From Selaginella moellendorffii (lineage: Eukaryota > Plantae > Lycopodiophyta): a DNA stretch of 64,000 bases. The notes beneath the pieces are model-generated. The model worked only from the letters and a program-made list of their open reading frames with translations, searched no databases and was not told the origin of the DNA. Positions 51,431 through 64,000 of this stretch are shown here, one piece after another. The position numbers and the translations under genes are program-made. The stretch lies in NCBI RefSeq assembly GCF_000143415.4, contig NW_003314336.1, positions 720,853 to 784,852 on the forward strand, written 5' to 3'. Position 1 is the stretch's first letter; every line of letters starts with the position of its first letter.

Positions 51431-54029
51431 TGTCCAAGAACTTTTGGAGATATAGGTAAGTTAGGAGAGGACTAAGATGATAGGATGTCTATACATCATA
51501 TATTTTGTGTCTCATATAATGTATGGGTTCCACGATAATTATTGCTCATCCAAGATCTCCTTGCACTTGAAATTAATTGCTGAGGGCTCTAAAACTGGTG
51601 TCATTGCATATATCACAAACACTGTTTTGTTGACAAATTGCCATGGTAATGGCCAAAATATTTCAAACTTTTTCTTTTTTTTTCTTTTTTAATCAAGGAT
51701 CAGAGCATATTTCTGCAAGCACTGAACCAATAATAGTGTTATCCTCTCTTTATCCATAGCATTGACATTAAACAATATGAACCATGGGAAAATCAATGAC
51801 ACTCTTTTGCACTGTAAAATTTTGTATAATACCTACTAGAGGTTAATGAAGATTATATAATTGGTGCAAAGTTGGAGGTAAGAAAGCTACTTTTTGGAGT
51901 TTGTATAGGTCTGGGATGACATGCTAAATACGTTTGAGAAAAGTGCAGTAATGGTATGGAGATTTCATCTAATCTTATGAATAGTATCTGAATTAAAGAT
52001 TAAAAATAATAAGAAAAATTCACTAAATAAAGTGTAAATGTTTTAAAGAAAGTGGATATAAATCCTTATTATGTTCATAAATATCTTTAGATAAGCTTAC
52101 TTTTTCATAATTACAAATATATATGGACAAACATTTATTAATCTATTGATATTTTAACTTCAAGATGCATTACTTTCTCAATATGTCTAGAACCATTCTC
52201 CACTACTGGCTTATGAGGTTTAATATAAATGTGGTAGCAAACTAGATAGATTTACATATGTATATTTTTAAATGTAAAACTAGACACATAATAGAAATTC
52301 TATTATTCTTTAGTAAACTATGAATGTTAGAGGCATCATTAAAGTTTAGATAAAAATAATTTAACTCAGTACACAATTAAAAAATTATAATTTTTCAAAA
52401 CTAACCTATTATTTTTTGGTAGTCTATAATTCTTTAGTTTTGTGAAAACTTAATTGCTTTTAAAGCATGGCAGCGATCCTATGGATGTGTTTAGTTGTGC
52501 ACCTTTTTATAAAGGCAATAAAAACATCAAATTAGGCTTTGTTTTGGATGCCGTTTGTTTCTAGAGGTGCTCTTAGTCCTAGGCTTTTAGAGAATAGCAA
52601 TGGCACCATTTATATTTTCCACTGGAGGTTAGAATTTGACACCCAATTCGTCGCGGATTGGCATTCTCTCTTTGTGTTTCTCAATTTATATTTTTCTCTG
52701 CCTTCCACAGATTGGTAGGTAGATCTGGAATTATGAATGCTTCTTTTCTTAGCACCTCCAGCCAAAAGCAAGGAGAAGAAGAAGATGGTGTTGCATCCTC
52801 TGGTTATTATCCTCCAGTGATTCTCAAGGAGCTGCACCAAAAACTCTGGAAGAGGTTAGCAGTAGAACTTCTCATCAATTAATGGGAGGCAACTCAATAT
52901 ACCTGACTATAAACCATGGAGGCACCTCTTCTCGTAGCCCAGAAAAAATTCCAAAGAATTGGAGAACCAATCTGGGATGACAACTAGCTCCAGCATCTGA
53001 GTCCTCTCCTTTGGTTCCTTAGACAATGAGCTGCTCAAGATCTTGTTGCTCATTCTCGTTAGGTAATGTGCAGGTGTGCTACAAAATTGAAAACTTACCT
53101 GTTCCACCACTTTTGTGGTTGAGGAAACAGGATTGCAGACAATGAGAATACGCATTAGTGCCCCACTTTCTGCAAAACCTGATGTAGAAAAGGTTTTGTG
53201 GACAGTGAGGGTGTGAAGATTGTTAATATTTCTATGGAAGGTCTAAGTCAAGCTACTATACTATGTAGCACTAACTCTGTGACAAAGAGCGTGTCTATGA
53301 AACTAAGATGGGTACGAGTTCTTGTTTGGAGGTAAATCACTTTTTTTAATTAATCACGTATGTTACTAATCAAGTGGCACGGCAGGGTGCCGGAAAGACC
53401 TCCATATTATGTGCCGTGGTGGCATAGCATGAACACTGATATCAACAATATTTTTCCAGACATCAAGTGTCATGAAAGGATTTCATGCAGTTTAGGATAC
53501 ATAGATTCGGTAGGCGTTAACTTTCAGGTAAAAATTTCTTCCTTACTCGGCTTTGATTGGTTTACCAATTGGTTCCATATAGGACCTATCATATGAAGAA
53601 GAGCAGCTGAAGAATGGTTTGTTGAGAGCAGATCCATATAAAGTCTTGACTTGGTAATTCTCATGCACAATCTGGCTCACAAGAGTCCCAGGCTGCAACA
53701 ACAGGCTGCCGATCACTCTCAACCAGCTCTTGGCATCCTCCTGGACGAGATCACTACTGTTGAGGTCCCTTTCGTTTCAGATCTTGCCATGAGTGCCAAC
53801 TGGCATCAGCTTTCAAGCGTTACAGCCATGGACATGTACAAGTCCACTCCCGACTTGATAAAGTCCCAGGAACTGCAGAGACTGGGAAATCATTGGAGGA
53901 AGGTCTGTTTTTTATATCAATTTTTGGTTTTCACCATTTTTGCAGAAAAATTATTGGAGATGATCCGGATAAGGAGAAGCAGTGATTGATCGTTTGTAGT
54001 ACCTCCAAGCATAGTTAGGAAAGATCTTG

Positions 54030-55788
54030 AGGAGAGCTAATACGAACCAATTGAACCAATCCATCTCGAAGATTACATCAAATCTCGCCATGTCTAACAC
54101 AGTGAAATCCATGTCTACTTTTGATGTCCCTAATTTGACTCTCGCTTGTCAAAGTACCTCATTGGTGCTTAAGCTATCTTGAACAAACTTTATAGTCCTT
54201 AGTTCACCCAACCACAGCACCGTTAGTCTGGCTTGCTGGACTATGTCTACAGCCACAAAATTATCCAAAGCACCCGTGTCAATAAAGATCTTAACAAAGC
54301 TACTTCCGAGTTTCCTTGGAAGGCTAGTAGATGTCGCAAACAACACTCTACCAAAGTTGCTCATGTAATGAGTAACTTTGAGCTAGGGACTGGATTATGT
54401 ACCTCAATTTAGATTTCACCCGACTTAATGGCCATATTGGCTCTGGCCTTTTTCGGGTAGGGACATTCCCTCGAAAAGTGACCTGCTTCACCGTAGTTGT
54501 AGTATATGTTGTTTCCCACGCTGCTAGTAGACTTGAACTTCTTATCCATGGGTTTGTCTCTTTTTTCTTGACTCCCCCACGTGCTTACTTGCTGGCCACT
54601 GGATCTGCCTTTCCGGAACCCTGAGGACTCATTCTTAGAGAAACTCTTCTTGAATTTCCCTTTGCTATATGTTCCCCTTAGTTTGGCCCTTTTGCTAAAC
54701 ATGAACCCCGACCCCGTTGTATTCCCCTTTAGCAGGTTATCATTGAAATGCACCTTAATAGTCGCATCCAACGCTTCCTTGTAGTTGGTCGGGTTCCAAC
54801 GCATCACCTCGCTACAAGCCCAGGTTTGCAAGCCTGATATTAAGGCATGGAACACATCTATATCACCCATATCCATGACAAGTATCCTCTTTGCCATAAA
54901 CCCATTCACATACTCTTGAATGGTTTTAGTTTGCTTCAGCCTACTCAATTCATCCCTTAGGTGCAAAGTAGCATTTGGAGGAATGTAAGTCATGCAGATC
55001 CTCGCCTTCATCATTTCCCAAGTGGCCACCGGTCCTTTGTTGGCCTTTGTTGTTCTCCACCAAGACTTAGCATTATCTGCCAAGTATGGTTTTGCACATG
55101 GGACCTTCTCCAGGCTCGATAACCGCAACGCTCGGAAGTAGTCCTCCATATTGTAAAACCAATCCTCCACTATCTTATAGTCATTCACTCCCTTGAAGAC
55201 CAGTGGGGGCTTTGGTTTGTACTTGGGAACTGCTTGAGGGATTGATTCCACTTTGGTCTGTTTGACCTTATTTGGTTCTGGCTTAGTCCTTGCTGAAGGG
55301 TTCACACCTTTTGTGCTGCCAGCATCTGCAATCTTTCACTTTTTCTTCTGCTTCTTGTCATGCTTTAACTTGCATATGAGAGTTTCTAGTAGGGCATTAG
55401 TTTGTGCCAATTTTCCTTCTAGAACGTCAAATCGAGCCTTGGACGACCAAACCTCACTACCGAACTCCTGTTTAGAAGTTTCCTCACTAAAGTCATCTTC
55501 ATGCAAGGATTCCTCATCCATACCCTCTTATTCTATTGGAGGCTCCAGCTCCAGAGGAGCTTCTGTCTCCGCCTTGGTTTGTTTATGCCCTACCTTCGCC
55601 ATCTCTTAGCAATTCGCCTCTATCCTTCACTAAAACCGAGGAAAAGGCTTCGATACCAAATTGTAAGCTATAAATTTTTCCTTTCCAATTTGCTAGTTTA
55701 CCTCGTCTACTTAACCAACTCCACCTTCGCATTTGCTAAGTTCCCACACCAAAGTTCCCGCCTATTGTACCAGCTCCTACTTGGTCCT
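54030..55788 (-). mobile_element. Truncated Ty3/gypsy element E (partial LTR 55662-55788, PBS, gag, protease)
   Basis: PBS TGGTATCGAAGC (reverse complement at 55647-55658) next to the LTR end at 55662; gag and FIDTGA protease follow; truncated after the protease. Confidence 0.85.
54409..55305 (-). pseudogene. gag: Retrotransposon gag (element E)
   Basis: Retrotrans_gag-type LADNAKSWW...LSRLKQTKTIQEY; eroded zinc knuckle YYNYGEAGHFSRECP. Confidence 0.9.
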
Positions 55789-56348
55789 TGTAGCGCATGT
55801 GATCATGGGATGGGATTTGGATATATTGTCACTGTGGATCTTTGGAACTTTAGGGGATAAATGGGGATAAAATAGCCACTAAGGGCTTTCTCATCAAACA
55901 ATTACCCCTTTTTCAAGTGGCTTAAGTGGAGAAAGATAAAGGTGCGCTACAGTTGGTATAAGAGAAAATGGCATGGGTTCGATTCCCATTGATTAGTGGT
56001 TACTTAAAAATATAATATACCCTTGAGCAAGATATATTCCTACCCCTAAATTTGAAATCGTACGTATTGGGCATCCATGCGTACGTCCTTCCTCTTGTGT
56101 ACAGTATCCACAGACGAAGGTATCCACCGTAGGATTGCGGTATAGGTGGATGAATAGTTGCTTCATATGGAATAGCTAGTCTACACAATGGAAGGATTGG
56201 TACATTCAATGCGGAAATGGAGGTGCTGGTTCCCCTTGGCTCAGTAGGGTTGTTAGTCAATAGTTAATAAGGACATTGACATCTCTGAAGGGGGGGTGAG
56301 TGTAGCGTATGTGATCATGGGATGAGATTTAGATATACTGTCACCGTG
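55789..56348 (+). mobile_element. TRIM (non-Cassandra): 163-bp LTR 55789-55951, ~350-bp interior, 3' LTR from 56301 interrupted at 56349
   Basis: TGTAGCGCA...TGCGCTACA termini; PBS TGGTATAAGAG at 55954; PPT GAAGGGGGGGTGAG; repeat of the LTR start at 56301. Confidence 0.85.
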
Positions 56349-57706
56349 TGTCGTGAATGTAACTTCGGGTATCAAAAGATACTTGTCGGCCAGTCCTTAC
56401 AGACACTCTTTCCTTACTGGCATGACGGCAGGAGGTCGGTACTACTGGTTCCCATCATTGGCCCCTCTTGTCCAAGTGTTAGTAAACTAGGCTTAGCATC
56501 TGTACTTAGCCAGATGGACATAAGGTAGGAACTCCTATGTGTTTCTAGCTGAGCATTCTCGGCCTGGATTTTAATTCTCTTTTGCTCTGTCTTGCACTGG
56601 CTTGGCAAAAACCCTCACGTATTGAGACTAGTCCCTCAATATTGTCGGATGATAGCTTATCGTGTCTGCCAAACACCCTCGCTATCACGCCCTTTGTGTT
56701 AGTCTCATTTCGGTCCCAAGTGCTATTTATGGAAAGTTTCTAGATTCGCTCATTTGGCAATATCTACGGAATGTAGAGGTCGGCCTGAACACAATGGTGT
56801 TCGTCCCGTGTCCAAATTCGCAATCTAAGGNNNNNNNNNNNNNNNNNNNNNNNNNNNNNNNNNNNNNNNNNNNNNNNNNNNNNNNNNNNNNNNNNNNNNN
56901 NNNNNNNNNNNNNNNNNNNNNNNNNNNNNNNNNNNNNNNNNNNNNNNNNNNNNNNNNNNNNNNNNNNNNNNNNNNNNNNNNNNNNNNNNNNNNNNNNNNN
57001 NNNNNNNNNNNNNNNNNNNNNNNNNNNNNNNNNNNNNNNNNNNNNNNNNNNNNNNNNNNNNNNNNNNNNNNNNNNNCTCTAGTCGGTGGAGTACCTCCTC
57101 CTCGCGTTAGGCCACCGGTATGCCAAAATTGTGCCAGATTCCATCTGACACCATTTTGCATGCAGGTGCTGAATACGGGGAGCTGGTGCTCGTGGGATTG
57201 TACGGGACCCTCGTTCGTAGCACAACGGGCTTGGAGTTTGGCTCCAAATTCAGGTGCGCTACATTTGGTATCAGAGAGAGGTTCTCAGCGAATCCTATCC
57301 AACTTTTGTCAGATTTTCTGACTCAAGTTGCATACGCAGAGACTTTTCTAATAGATCCGAAGTGACTTGTGTAGGATTAGTTGGATTGCACCATTCGGTA
57401 AAAACATTGTAAGCATGTTCAGTTACTGATAGAGGCATGCATGCAGCTAGCGGGATGGTGAAAAGGAACCGTGTTGATGACGCTGAAACCTCTAGACGGG
57501 CAAATCGAGAGAAGGAAACTCCTGCTAGAGATGCTGCGGAAGAGGCTAAGGCTGAGTCAAAAGAGGAAGAGCCAGATGCTGTGGCGCTGCAGTGTATGGC
57601 TCAAGAAGTCGAGATCGAGAATTTGCGAAGGGAGATTCGCAAATTGAAGAAGGAGAACAAGAAGAGGAAGAAAGAAGCCGAGGCAACTAAACCAGCTAAG
57701 CCTAAG

Positions 57707-60293
57707 TGTCGCGCATGTGACTTCGGGTATCGAAAGATACTTGTCGGCTAGTACTTACGGACTCTCTCTCCTTACTGCCACGACGGCAGGAGGTCGGTAC
57801 TGCTGGTTCCCTTTATGGTCTCCGCCCAAGCTAGTTGAGAAACTGGTCAGCACATGTGCACTTAGACCAGAAGGGCACTAAGGAAGGAAATCCTAAGTTG
57901 TCATTAAGTCAAGCATACTTGACACGGTGATGAGAAACTCATGATGTTGACTTGCACTTGCTAGTGTTGGGAACCCCCGCGATATTGAGACTTGTCCCTC
58001 AATATTCGCTAGATGATAGCTTACCGTGTTTGCCAAACACCCTCGCTATCACGCCCTTTGTGTTAGTCTCGTTTCAGTCTCAAAGGCTATTTATGGAAAG
58101 TGTCTAGATTCGCTCATTTGGCATATCTACGGAATGTTGAGGTCAGCCTGAACACAATGGTGTTCGTCCCGTGTCCAAATTCGCAATCTAAGGCCATTCC
58201 ATATTTAGTAAGTTTCGAGCTTGTCCCAGAGACTAACTCCTGGTACTAAGGGTGGCTTGGGGTGAAAGCCCAAAGCGTGTGTCCCTCAAGGGGGGGGGCT
58301 GTGGGGGGTTCCAAATGTATAGTAGGGATAGTAGTTGGAATGCATGTCCGACCACCTGAGACATTAGTTTGGCTCCCACTGGGCTGTGTCGCTCCTTGTT
58401 CTGCGTCCGGCTTGGGTCTAAGCCCAAGCTCCACGCTGCTCTAGTCGGTGGAGTACCCTCCTTCTCGCGTTAGGCCACCGGTATGCCAAAATTGTGCCAG
58501 ACTCCGTCTGACACCATTTTGCGTGCAGGTGCTGGATACGGGGAGCTGGTGCTCGTGGGATTGTACCGGACCCTCGTTTCGTAGCGCAACGGGCTTGGAG
58601 TTCGGCTCTAAATTCAGGTGCGCTACATTTGGTATCAGAGAATATCTAGTTAAGTGGAAAGGTTACCCGACTTGTGAATCAACTTGGGAACCTCTTAGTA
58701 ATCTTGTACATGCCCGTGAGCTTGTCACGGAGTATGAGCATAGTAATAAAAAATAGCTTTTGTAAATCTTGTAATAAATCTTGCAAATTAATAAAGTAAA
58801 ATATTTCTATCACTCAAAGTGTCGTTTCTCTCGATCATTTGTACTTGGGTCAGTTTTGGCAGGCTGACTTCAGCACTTCGGTTCATGGGTCCAATCCATA
58901 ACCATGGGGATAACTATTATAGACTGATCACAAGTCCCCGCCTCTCTCTCGATGACTCGTTTTCAAAAAAAAAAGGGGCGTGGTCGTGTAAAAAACTTCA
59001 TCTGCCAGTTTATAATAGTTGTCTAAATCTTCCCAACGGGGTTGATTTCTTGCTCAGGGGCAGTCGGGCCTCTGGCCTTCTCCCTATATCCCTGCGGGCA
59101 GGGATGTATCATTCCTTTGTAAGCCGAGTGGTACTCGGAGCAGCAAGGGTGGCTAACTCCGTTGGTCATTTCCTTGTCGGCGACGGCCGGAGGGTGTCTG
59201 AGTCTTAGCGTCTTTTGACGTAGAGGAGAGGTCGTTCCATAACTCATTTAAGTCGGTGCATTTCCCACATAGTGTGCTTTCCATTAACTTTCGGGGTTGT
59301 TTCCTTGACGGTTTGCTAGACTCGAGTATGCATCGACGAGGACGTCGATCTTCCCCAAGGGGGGGAGAGTGTCGCGCATGTGACTTCGGGTATCGAAAGA
59401 TACTTGTCGGCTAGTACTTACGGACTCTCTCTCCTTACTGCCACGACGGTAGGAGGTTGGTACTGCTGGTTCCCTTTATGGTCTCCGCCCAAGCTAGTTG
59501 AGAAACTGGTTAGCACATGTGCACTTAGACCGGAAGGGCACTAAGGAAGGAAATCCTAAGTTGTCATTAAGTCAAGCATACTTGACACGGTGATGAGAAA
59601 CTCATGATGTTGACTTGCACTTGCTAGTGTTGGGAACCCCCGCGATATTGAGACTAGTCCCTCAATATTCGCTAGATGATAGCTTACCGTGTTTGCCAAA
59701 CACCCTCGCTATCACGCCCTTTGTGTTAGTCTCGTTTCGGTCCCAAAGGCTATTTATGGAAAGTGTCTAGATTCGCTCATTTGGCATATCTACAGAATGT
59801 TGAGGTCGGCTTGAACACAATGGTGTTCGTCCCGTGTCCAAATTTGCAATCTAAGGCCATTCCATATTTAGTAAGTTTCGAGCTTGTCCCAGAGACTAAC
59901 TCCTGGTACTAAGGGTGGCTTGGGGTGAAAGCCCAAAGCGTGTGTCCCTCAAGGGGGGGGGGGGCTGTGGGGGGTTCCAAATGTATAGTAGGGATAGTAG
60001 TTGGAATGCATGTCCGACCACCTGAGACATTAGTTTGGCTCCCGCTGGGCTGTGTCGCTCCTTGTTCTGCGTCCGGCTTGGGTCTAAGCCCAAGCTCCAC
60101 GCTGCTCTAGTCGGTGGAGTACCCTCCTTCTCGCGTTAGGCCACCGGTATGCCAAAATTGTGCCAGACTCCGTCTGACACCATTTTGCGTGCAGGTGCTG
60201 GATACGGGGAGCTGGTGCTCGTGGGATTGTACCGGACCCTCGTTTCGTAGTGCAACGGGCTTGGAGTTCGGCTCAAAATTCAGGTGCGCTACA
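57707..60293 (+). mobile_element. Internally deleted chromovirus derivative G, complete with TSD
   Basis: LTRs 57707-58627 and 59370-60293 nearly identical; TSD CTAAG (57702-57706, 60294-60298); PBS at 58630; PPT before 59370; 742-bp interior. Confidence 0.95.
58639..58756 (+). pseudogene. Chromodomain (integrase C-terminus) remnant fused directly to the PBS
   Basis: EYLVKWKGYPTCESTWEPLSNLVHARELVTEYE. Confidence 0.92.
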
Positions 60294-61369
60294 CTAAGCA
60301 ACCGGACTACTCCTCAAGTTATGAGGACGATGAAGTTTTGCAGCCACCCCCGGTTGCACGAGTTTCAAAGTTCAAACCTCTGAAACCACCCAATTTCAGA
60401 GGCATGCGGGACTATTAGGTTTTGGAAGATTGGGTCTACGATATTGAGAACTACTTCATAGTGGCAGACGTAGATGATTGTATGAAAGTTGCATGCGGGC
60501 AATCCTTTCTTACCGATCATGCCAAAACTTGGTGGCGCTAGGTGTGTGCTGAAAAAGGGCAGACTAGAAGTTGGACCAAGATGCGGTCTCGTATCCGTAA
60601 GGAATACTTGCCGGATGATCTTGGTTTGAGACTTCGCGCGGAGCTGCAACGGTTAAAGCAGTGAGGGGACCTTATGCATTACGTTAATGCGTTTGCTCAG
60701 AAGCGCATTATGATTGCAAATATGGATGACGAAGATGCTCAGAGTTATTTTCTAGAGGGTTTAAGTTCATTTTCTCGCAATGAGATTTTGAAGTTTAAGC
60801 CGAAGACATACCTGGAGTGTAAGGAGGCAGCGCAGCAAGTTGCCTTTAGTCACTCACTCATGGAACAATATCAGCAATCGCATGCTGGTAACTCGGATAA
60901 GAATAGAAATTTTGGGAATAAGCAAGGTGATCGGAAACAAAGGGTGGAAAGTAGGTACCGCCCTGGGGGCTCACAAGCTACGGTTAATAAAGGTGGTGGT
61001 GGTTAGAGACCACCAGCAGCTTCTTCTGGTCCTAGGCCCTATGTTCCTCCTCCTGGTGGGTACAAGCAGCACCAACCTGCTAAACCTGCTCCTAGCGGAA
61101 CAGGTAGTGTGGGTCATTGCTTCCATTGTGGAGAGTCGGGACATAGGTCCTCGGAATGTCCCAACAAGCATAAGACAAGGTCTCGGGTTAATGTCATGAG
61201 GGAAGACGGTGGTGGTGAAGCTGAAGGGGTTGACGAGTTGGTCAATGCAGACTATGAGGAAGAAGAGGTGAGTAACTTTTGTTGCTTTCCTCAAGCTTTT
61301 CTTGAGGTCAATGCAAACACTGATCCATAGATGTATCTGGTAGGCTTTGTCCGTGGACACCGAATCTGA

Positions 61370-64000
61370 GTGATGATTGACACGGGAGCTACACATAGCG
61401 TGATATCTGAAGACTTAGTTAATTTGTTAGGATTGAGTGCTGAGCGAATGTCGCCTATGCACTTCCGGTTTGCGGAAGGTGGGCAAGTAGCCAGAAAGTT
61501 TGTGGGTGATGTTCCAATAAAGATATCCAAGTGGAAAGAAAGAGTGGACTTGGTAGTGTTGAGGATACCAGATTTTCAGATGGTGTTTGGTATGGATTTC
61601 TTCAACAAGTATATAAAGGGGATTTATGGTGTTGGACAAAGTCGTATCACGTTGAAGTCAGAAGGACATCCTGATGTATCCTTTCAGTTGCAAAAGCATT
61701 CCTCAAAGGATTGGGATGCAAAGTTCCTGACTTCGAGGGTCGCTCAAAAAGCAGCTAAGAGGGGATGTCGGACCTTTTGGGTTCAAGTGATGGAAGCTGA
61801 GGGTGTTGGTGACTCAGTTCGAATCGGCGATGGGGTTGATCCTGTACCAAAGAAGATATTGGAGTTGTTGGCGAGGAATCAGGATATCTTTCCGAAGGAT
61901 TTACCGCCAGGGCTACCTCCTAGCCGTGAGGTTGATCATCAGATTGAGGTTAATTCAGGTTCAAGACCACCTACAAAGGCTCCGTATCGTCTGAACATCA
62001 AGGAGATGGCTGAACTCAAGAAGCAACTCACGGAGCTTCTTGACAAAGGTCATATTCGACCAAGCGAGTCACCTTATGAAGTGCCGGTCCTTTTTGTTAT
62101 TAAAAAGGATGGAACCATGAGGATTGACTATCGGGCACTCAATAAGATTACGGTCAAGTACAGTTATCCTTTGCCTCGCATTGATGACTTGTTTGACCAA
62201 CTCTTAAAGGCTAAGTATTTTACGCGACTTGATTTGCGGTCCGGGTATCATCAGATATGGGTGGCGGATCAGGATGTGGAGATGACAACCTTTAAGTTTC
62301 GGTATGGATCTTATGAGTTCCTTGTCATGCCGTTCGGGTTATGCAATGCTCCGGCAATGTTCAGCACTATGATGGATAGAATATTCGGAGATTATTTGGA
62401 TGCATTTGTTGTCCTGTATATCGACGATGTTCTAGTCTTTAGTGAAACGTTGGAGGATCATTTGAAACACTTGGATCTGGTGTTTCAGAAGTTGCGCAAA
62501 CACAAACTGTATGCTAAGGAAAGTAAATGCGCTTTTGGCCAATTGCGCGTACACTTTCTCGGACATATAGTTGGTGGTGGCGTGATTGAGGTTGATCCAA
62601 AGAAGGTGGAAGTAGTGAAGTCCTGGGAAGTTCCGACCACTGTGTCAGATGTTCAATCCTTTCTCGGTTTGGCGGGATACTATCGCAAGTTTGTCTGCAA
62701 TTTTGCAAGGATTGCTCTTCCGTTGACTGAGTTGATGAAGAGTAGTATTCCGTTTCATTGGACACCAATTTGTCAGCGTGCTTTTGCATGGTTGAAGGAG
62801 ATCTTGACTACGGTTTCTGTTCTCAAGATCCCAGATCTTGATAAACCCTTCGAAGTGCATTATGATGCATCTGGTTATGCTATTGATGCCATGTTACAGC
62901 AAGATTGTGACAAAGCGGTTGGTGTTACGCTAAAGCGACATGGTTGTCCCTTGCCTTCTATTCCAAGAAATTGGATGAGACCCAACGAAGATGGCCAACG
63001 CATGAGAAAGAGATGTTTGCTATAGTGTCGGCTCTGGAACACTGGAGACACTACTTGGGTGGACATACCAAGGTTTATACGGATAGTAACACACTAAGCT
63101 ACTTTGCTACGCAGCCTAAGCTTACTCCGAAGCAGGCTCGTTGGCAAGAGACGCTTACTAGATATGATATTGAAATCATATATAAACCTGGTAAAGACAA
63201 TATTGTTCCGGATGCATTGAGTCGTCAAGCTCAATTCCGAGCAATATCGGCAATCAGTTTGGACTGGTTGGAGGACGTCCGGGCTTCGTATGGAAGTGAT
63301 TCATTGGCGAAAGCAATCTTATGCCATGTGGAGTTGTCGAAGCAGAACTTTGGTAGCGAGGCAGCAAAAGTTGCTAACCGCACCAATGCGAAGCTTCACT
63401 TCTCAGTTCGGGATAGGCTTATATTCTATAAGCAAGAAAGATTGTATCTTCCCTCTAAGGATCTTCAGCAGTTATTTCTGCGGGAACATCATGATGTTCC
63501 AGCAGCGAGACATGGTGGACAGCGAAAGACTCTGGCTTCATTGAAAAAGGGATTTTTCTAGTCTGGTATGGACTATGTCCGTTCCTGCCTTATATGCCAG
63601 CAATGTAAGCGCAAAACTGAGAAGCAGGCTGGAAAGTTATAGTGCATTCCCGCACCGGCATGGCCATTTCAAAGTGTGACACTTGATTTCGTCACTTGTT
63701 TGCCGAAGTCTAAGGGTTATGATACTTTGATGGTCGTTGTGGATCGGTTGTCAAAGATTGCACACTTCATTCCAACTGTGGGAACAGTAAATGTGAAACA
63801 AGCAGCAAAGCTCTTTTTCCATGAAGTAGTGTGAGTTCGTGGTCTTCCTGAAGAAATGATCTCGGATAGAGATTCAAGGTTTACGGGGAAGTTTTGGGGG
63901 ACCCTATTCCGGTTGTTTGGTACCAAGTTGAAGTTTAGTACGGCTTATCATCCTCAAACTGATGGGCAGACCAAACACGTGAATGCTCAAGTTGAGGATT
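61370..64000 (+). pseudogene. pol: pol of element F (protease, RT, RNase H, integrase) with a frameshift near 62950 and stops
   Basis: IDTGAT; LDLRSGYHQ; MPFGLCNAP; YIDD; DASGYA; EKEMFAIV; HHCC zinc finger; ISDRDSRF; STAYHPQTDGQT. Confidence 0.95.

Larger units (their letters stand above)
57455..61330 (+). pseudogene. gag: gag of element F, split by element G (57707-60293) and by stops/frameshifts
   Basis: The coiled N-terminus at 57455-57706 resumes at 60299; AKTWWR motif; zinc knuckle CFHCGESGHRSSECP. Confidence 0.88.
56349..64000 (+). mobile_element. Ty3/gypsy chromovirus-type element F (autonomous-type relative of family A); 5' LTR 56349-57263; runs off the window
   Basis: LTR TG...CA, PBS TGGTATCAGAG at 57266, then gag-PR-RT-RH-INT. 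Confidence 0.92.

Noticed and set aside
55968-55992. tRNA gene, or an extra copy of the palindrome (ATGGCATGGGTTCGATTCCCAT)
   Set aside because: Only a T-arm-like hairpin with no cloverleaf, and the right arm does not match CAYGCCAT.
56344-56348. CCGTG flank identical to the TSD of the family-B element
   Set aside because: The sequence belongs to the TRIM LTR (cf. CTGTG at the same position in its 5' LTR); a 5-bp coincidence.

Overview
Repeat-dense land-plant DNA with three assembly gaps. A Selaginella-like lycophyte host is suggested, but not proven, by the style of a PLS-PPR remnant and by 47-57-nt introns. No intact host gene is present. Most of the window is nested LTR retrotransposons: a Ty3/gypsy chromovirus family with autonomous-type, internally deleted and non-coding (LARD-like) members, two older gypsy elements, a non-coding LTR element (24246-46095, TSD CCGTG), a 5S-bearing Cassandra TRIM with an older solo LTR, and a second TRIM. 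A LINE remnant and laccase/PPR gene fragments are also present. The standout is a 15.4-kb DNA transposon (29836-45274; 24-bp TIRs, 4-bp TSD GTAA, Sola-like transposase). Divergent from its transposase it carries a spliced cargo gene of roughly 1,600 aa that joins a ParB/Srx-like domain, a degenerate DNA-methyltransferase-like fold, an acidic tract and an FCP1/NIF-type HAD phosphatase. The element also contains more than 20 copies of a 22-bp palindrome, ATGGCRTG-N6-CAYGCCAT, several inside tiny introns. Together these form a candidate ParB/parS-like self-recognition or anti-silencing system; the function is inference. All domain calls come from motif recognition by eye, not from database searches.
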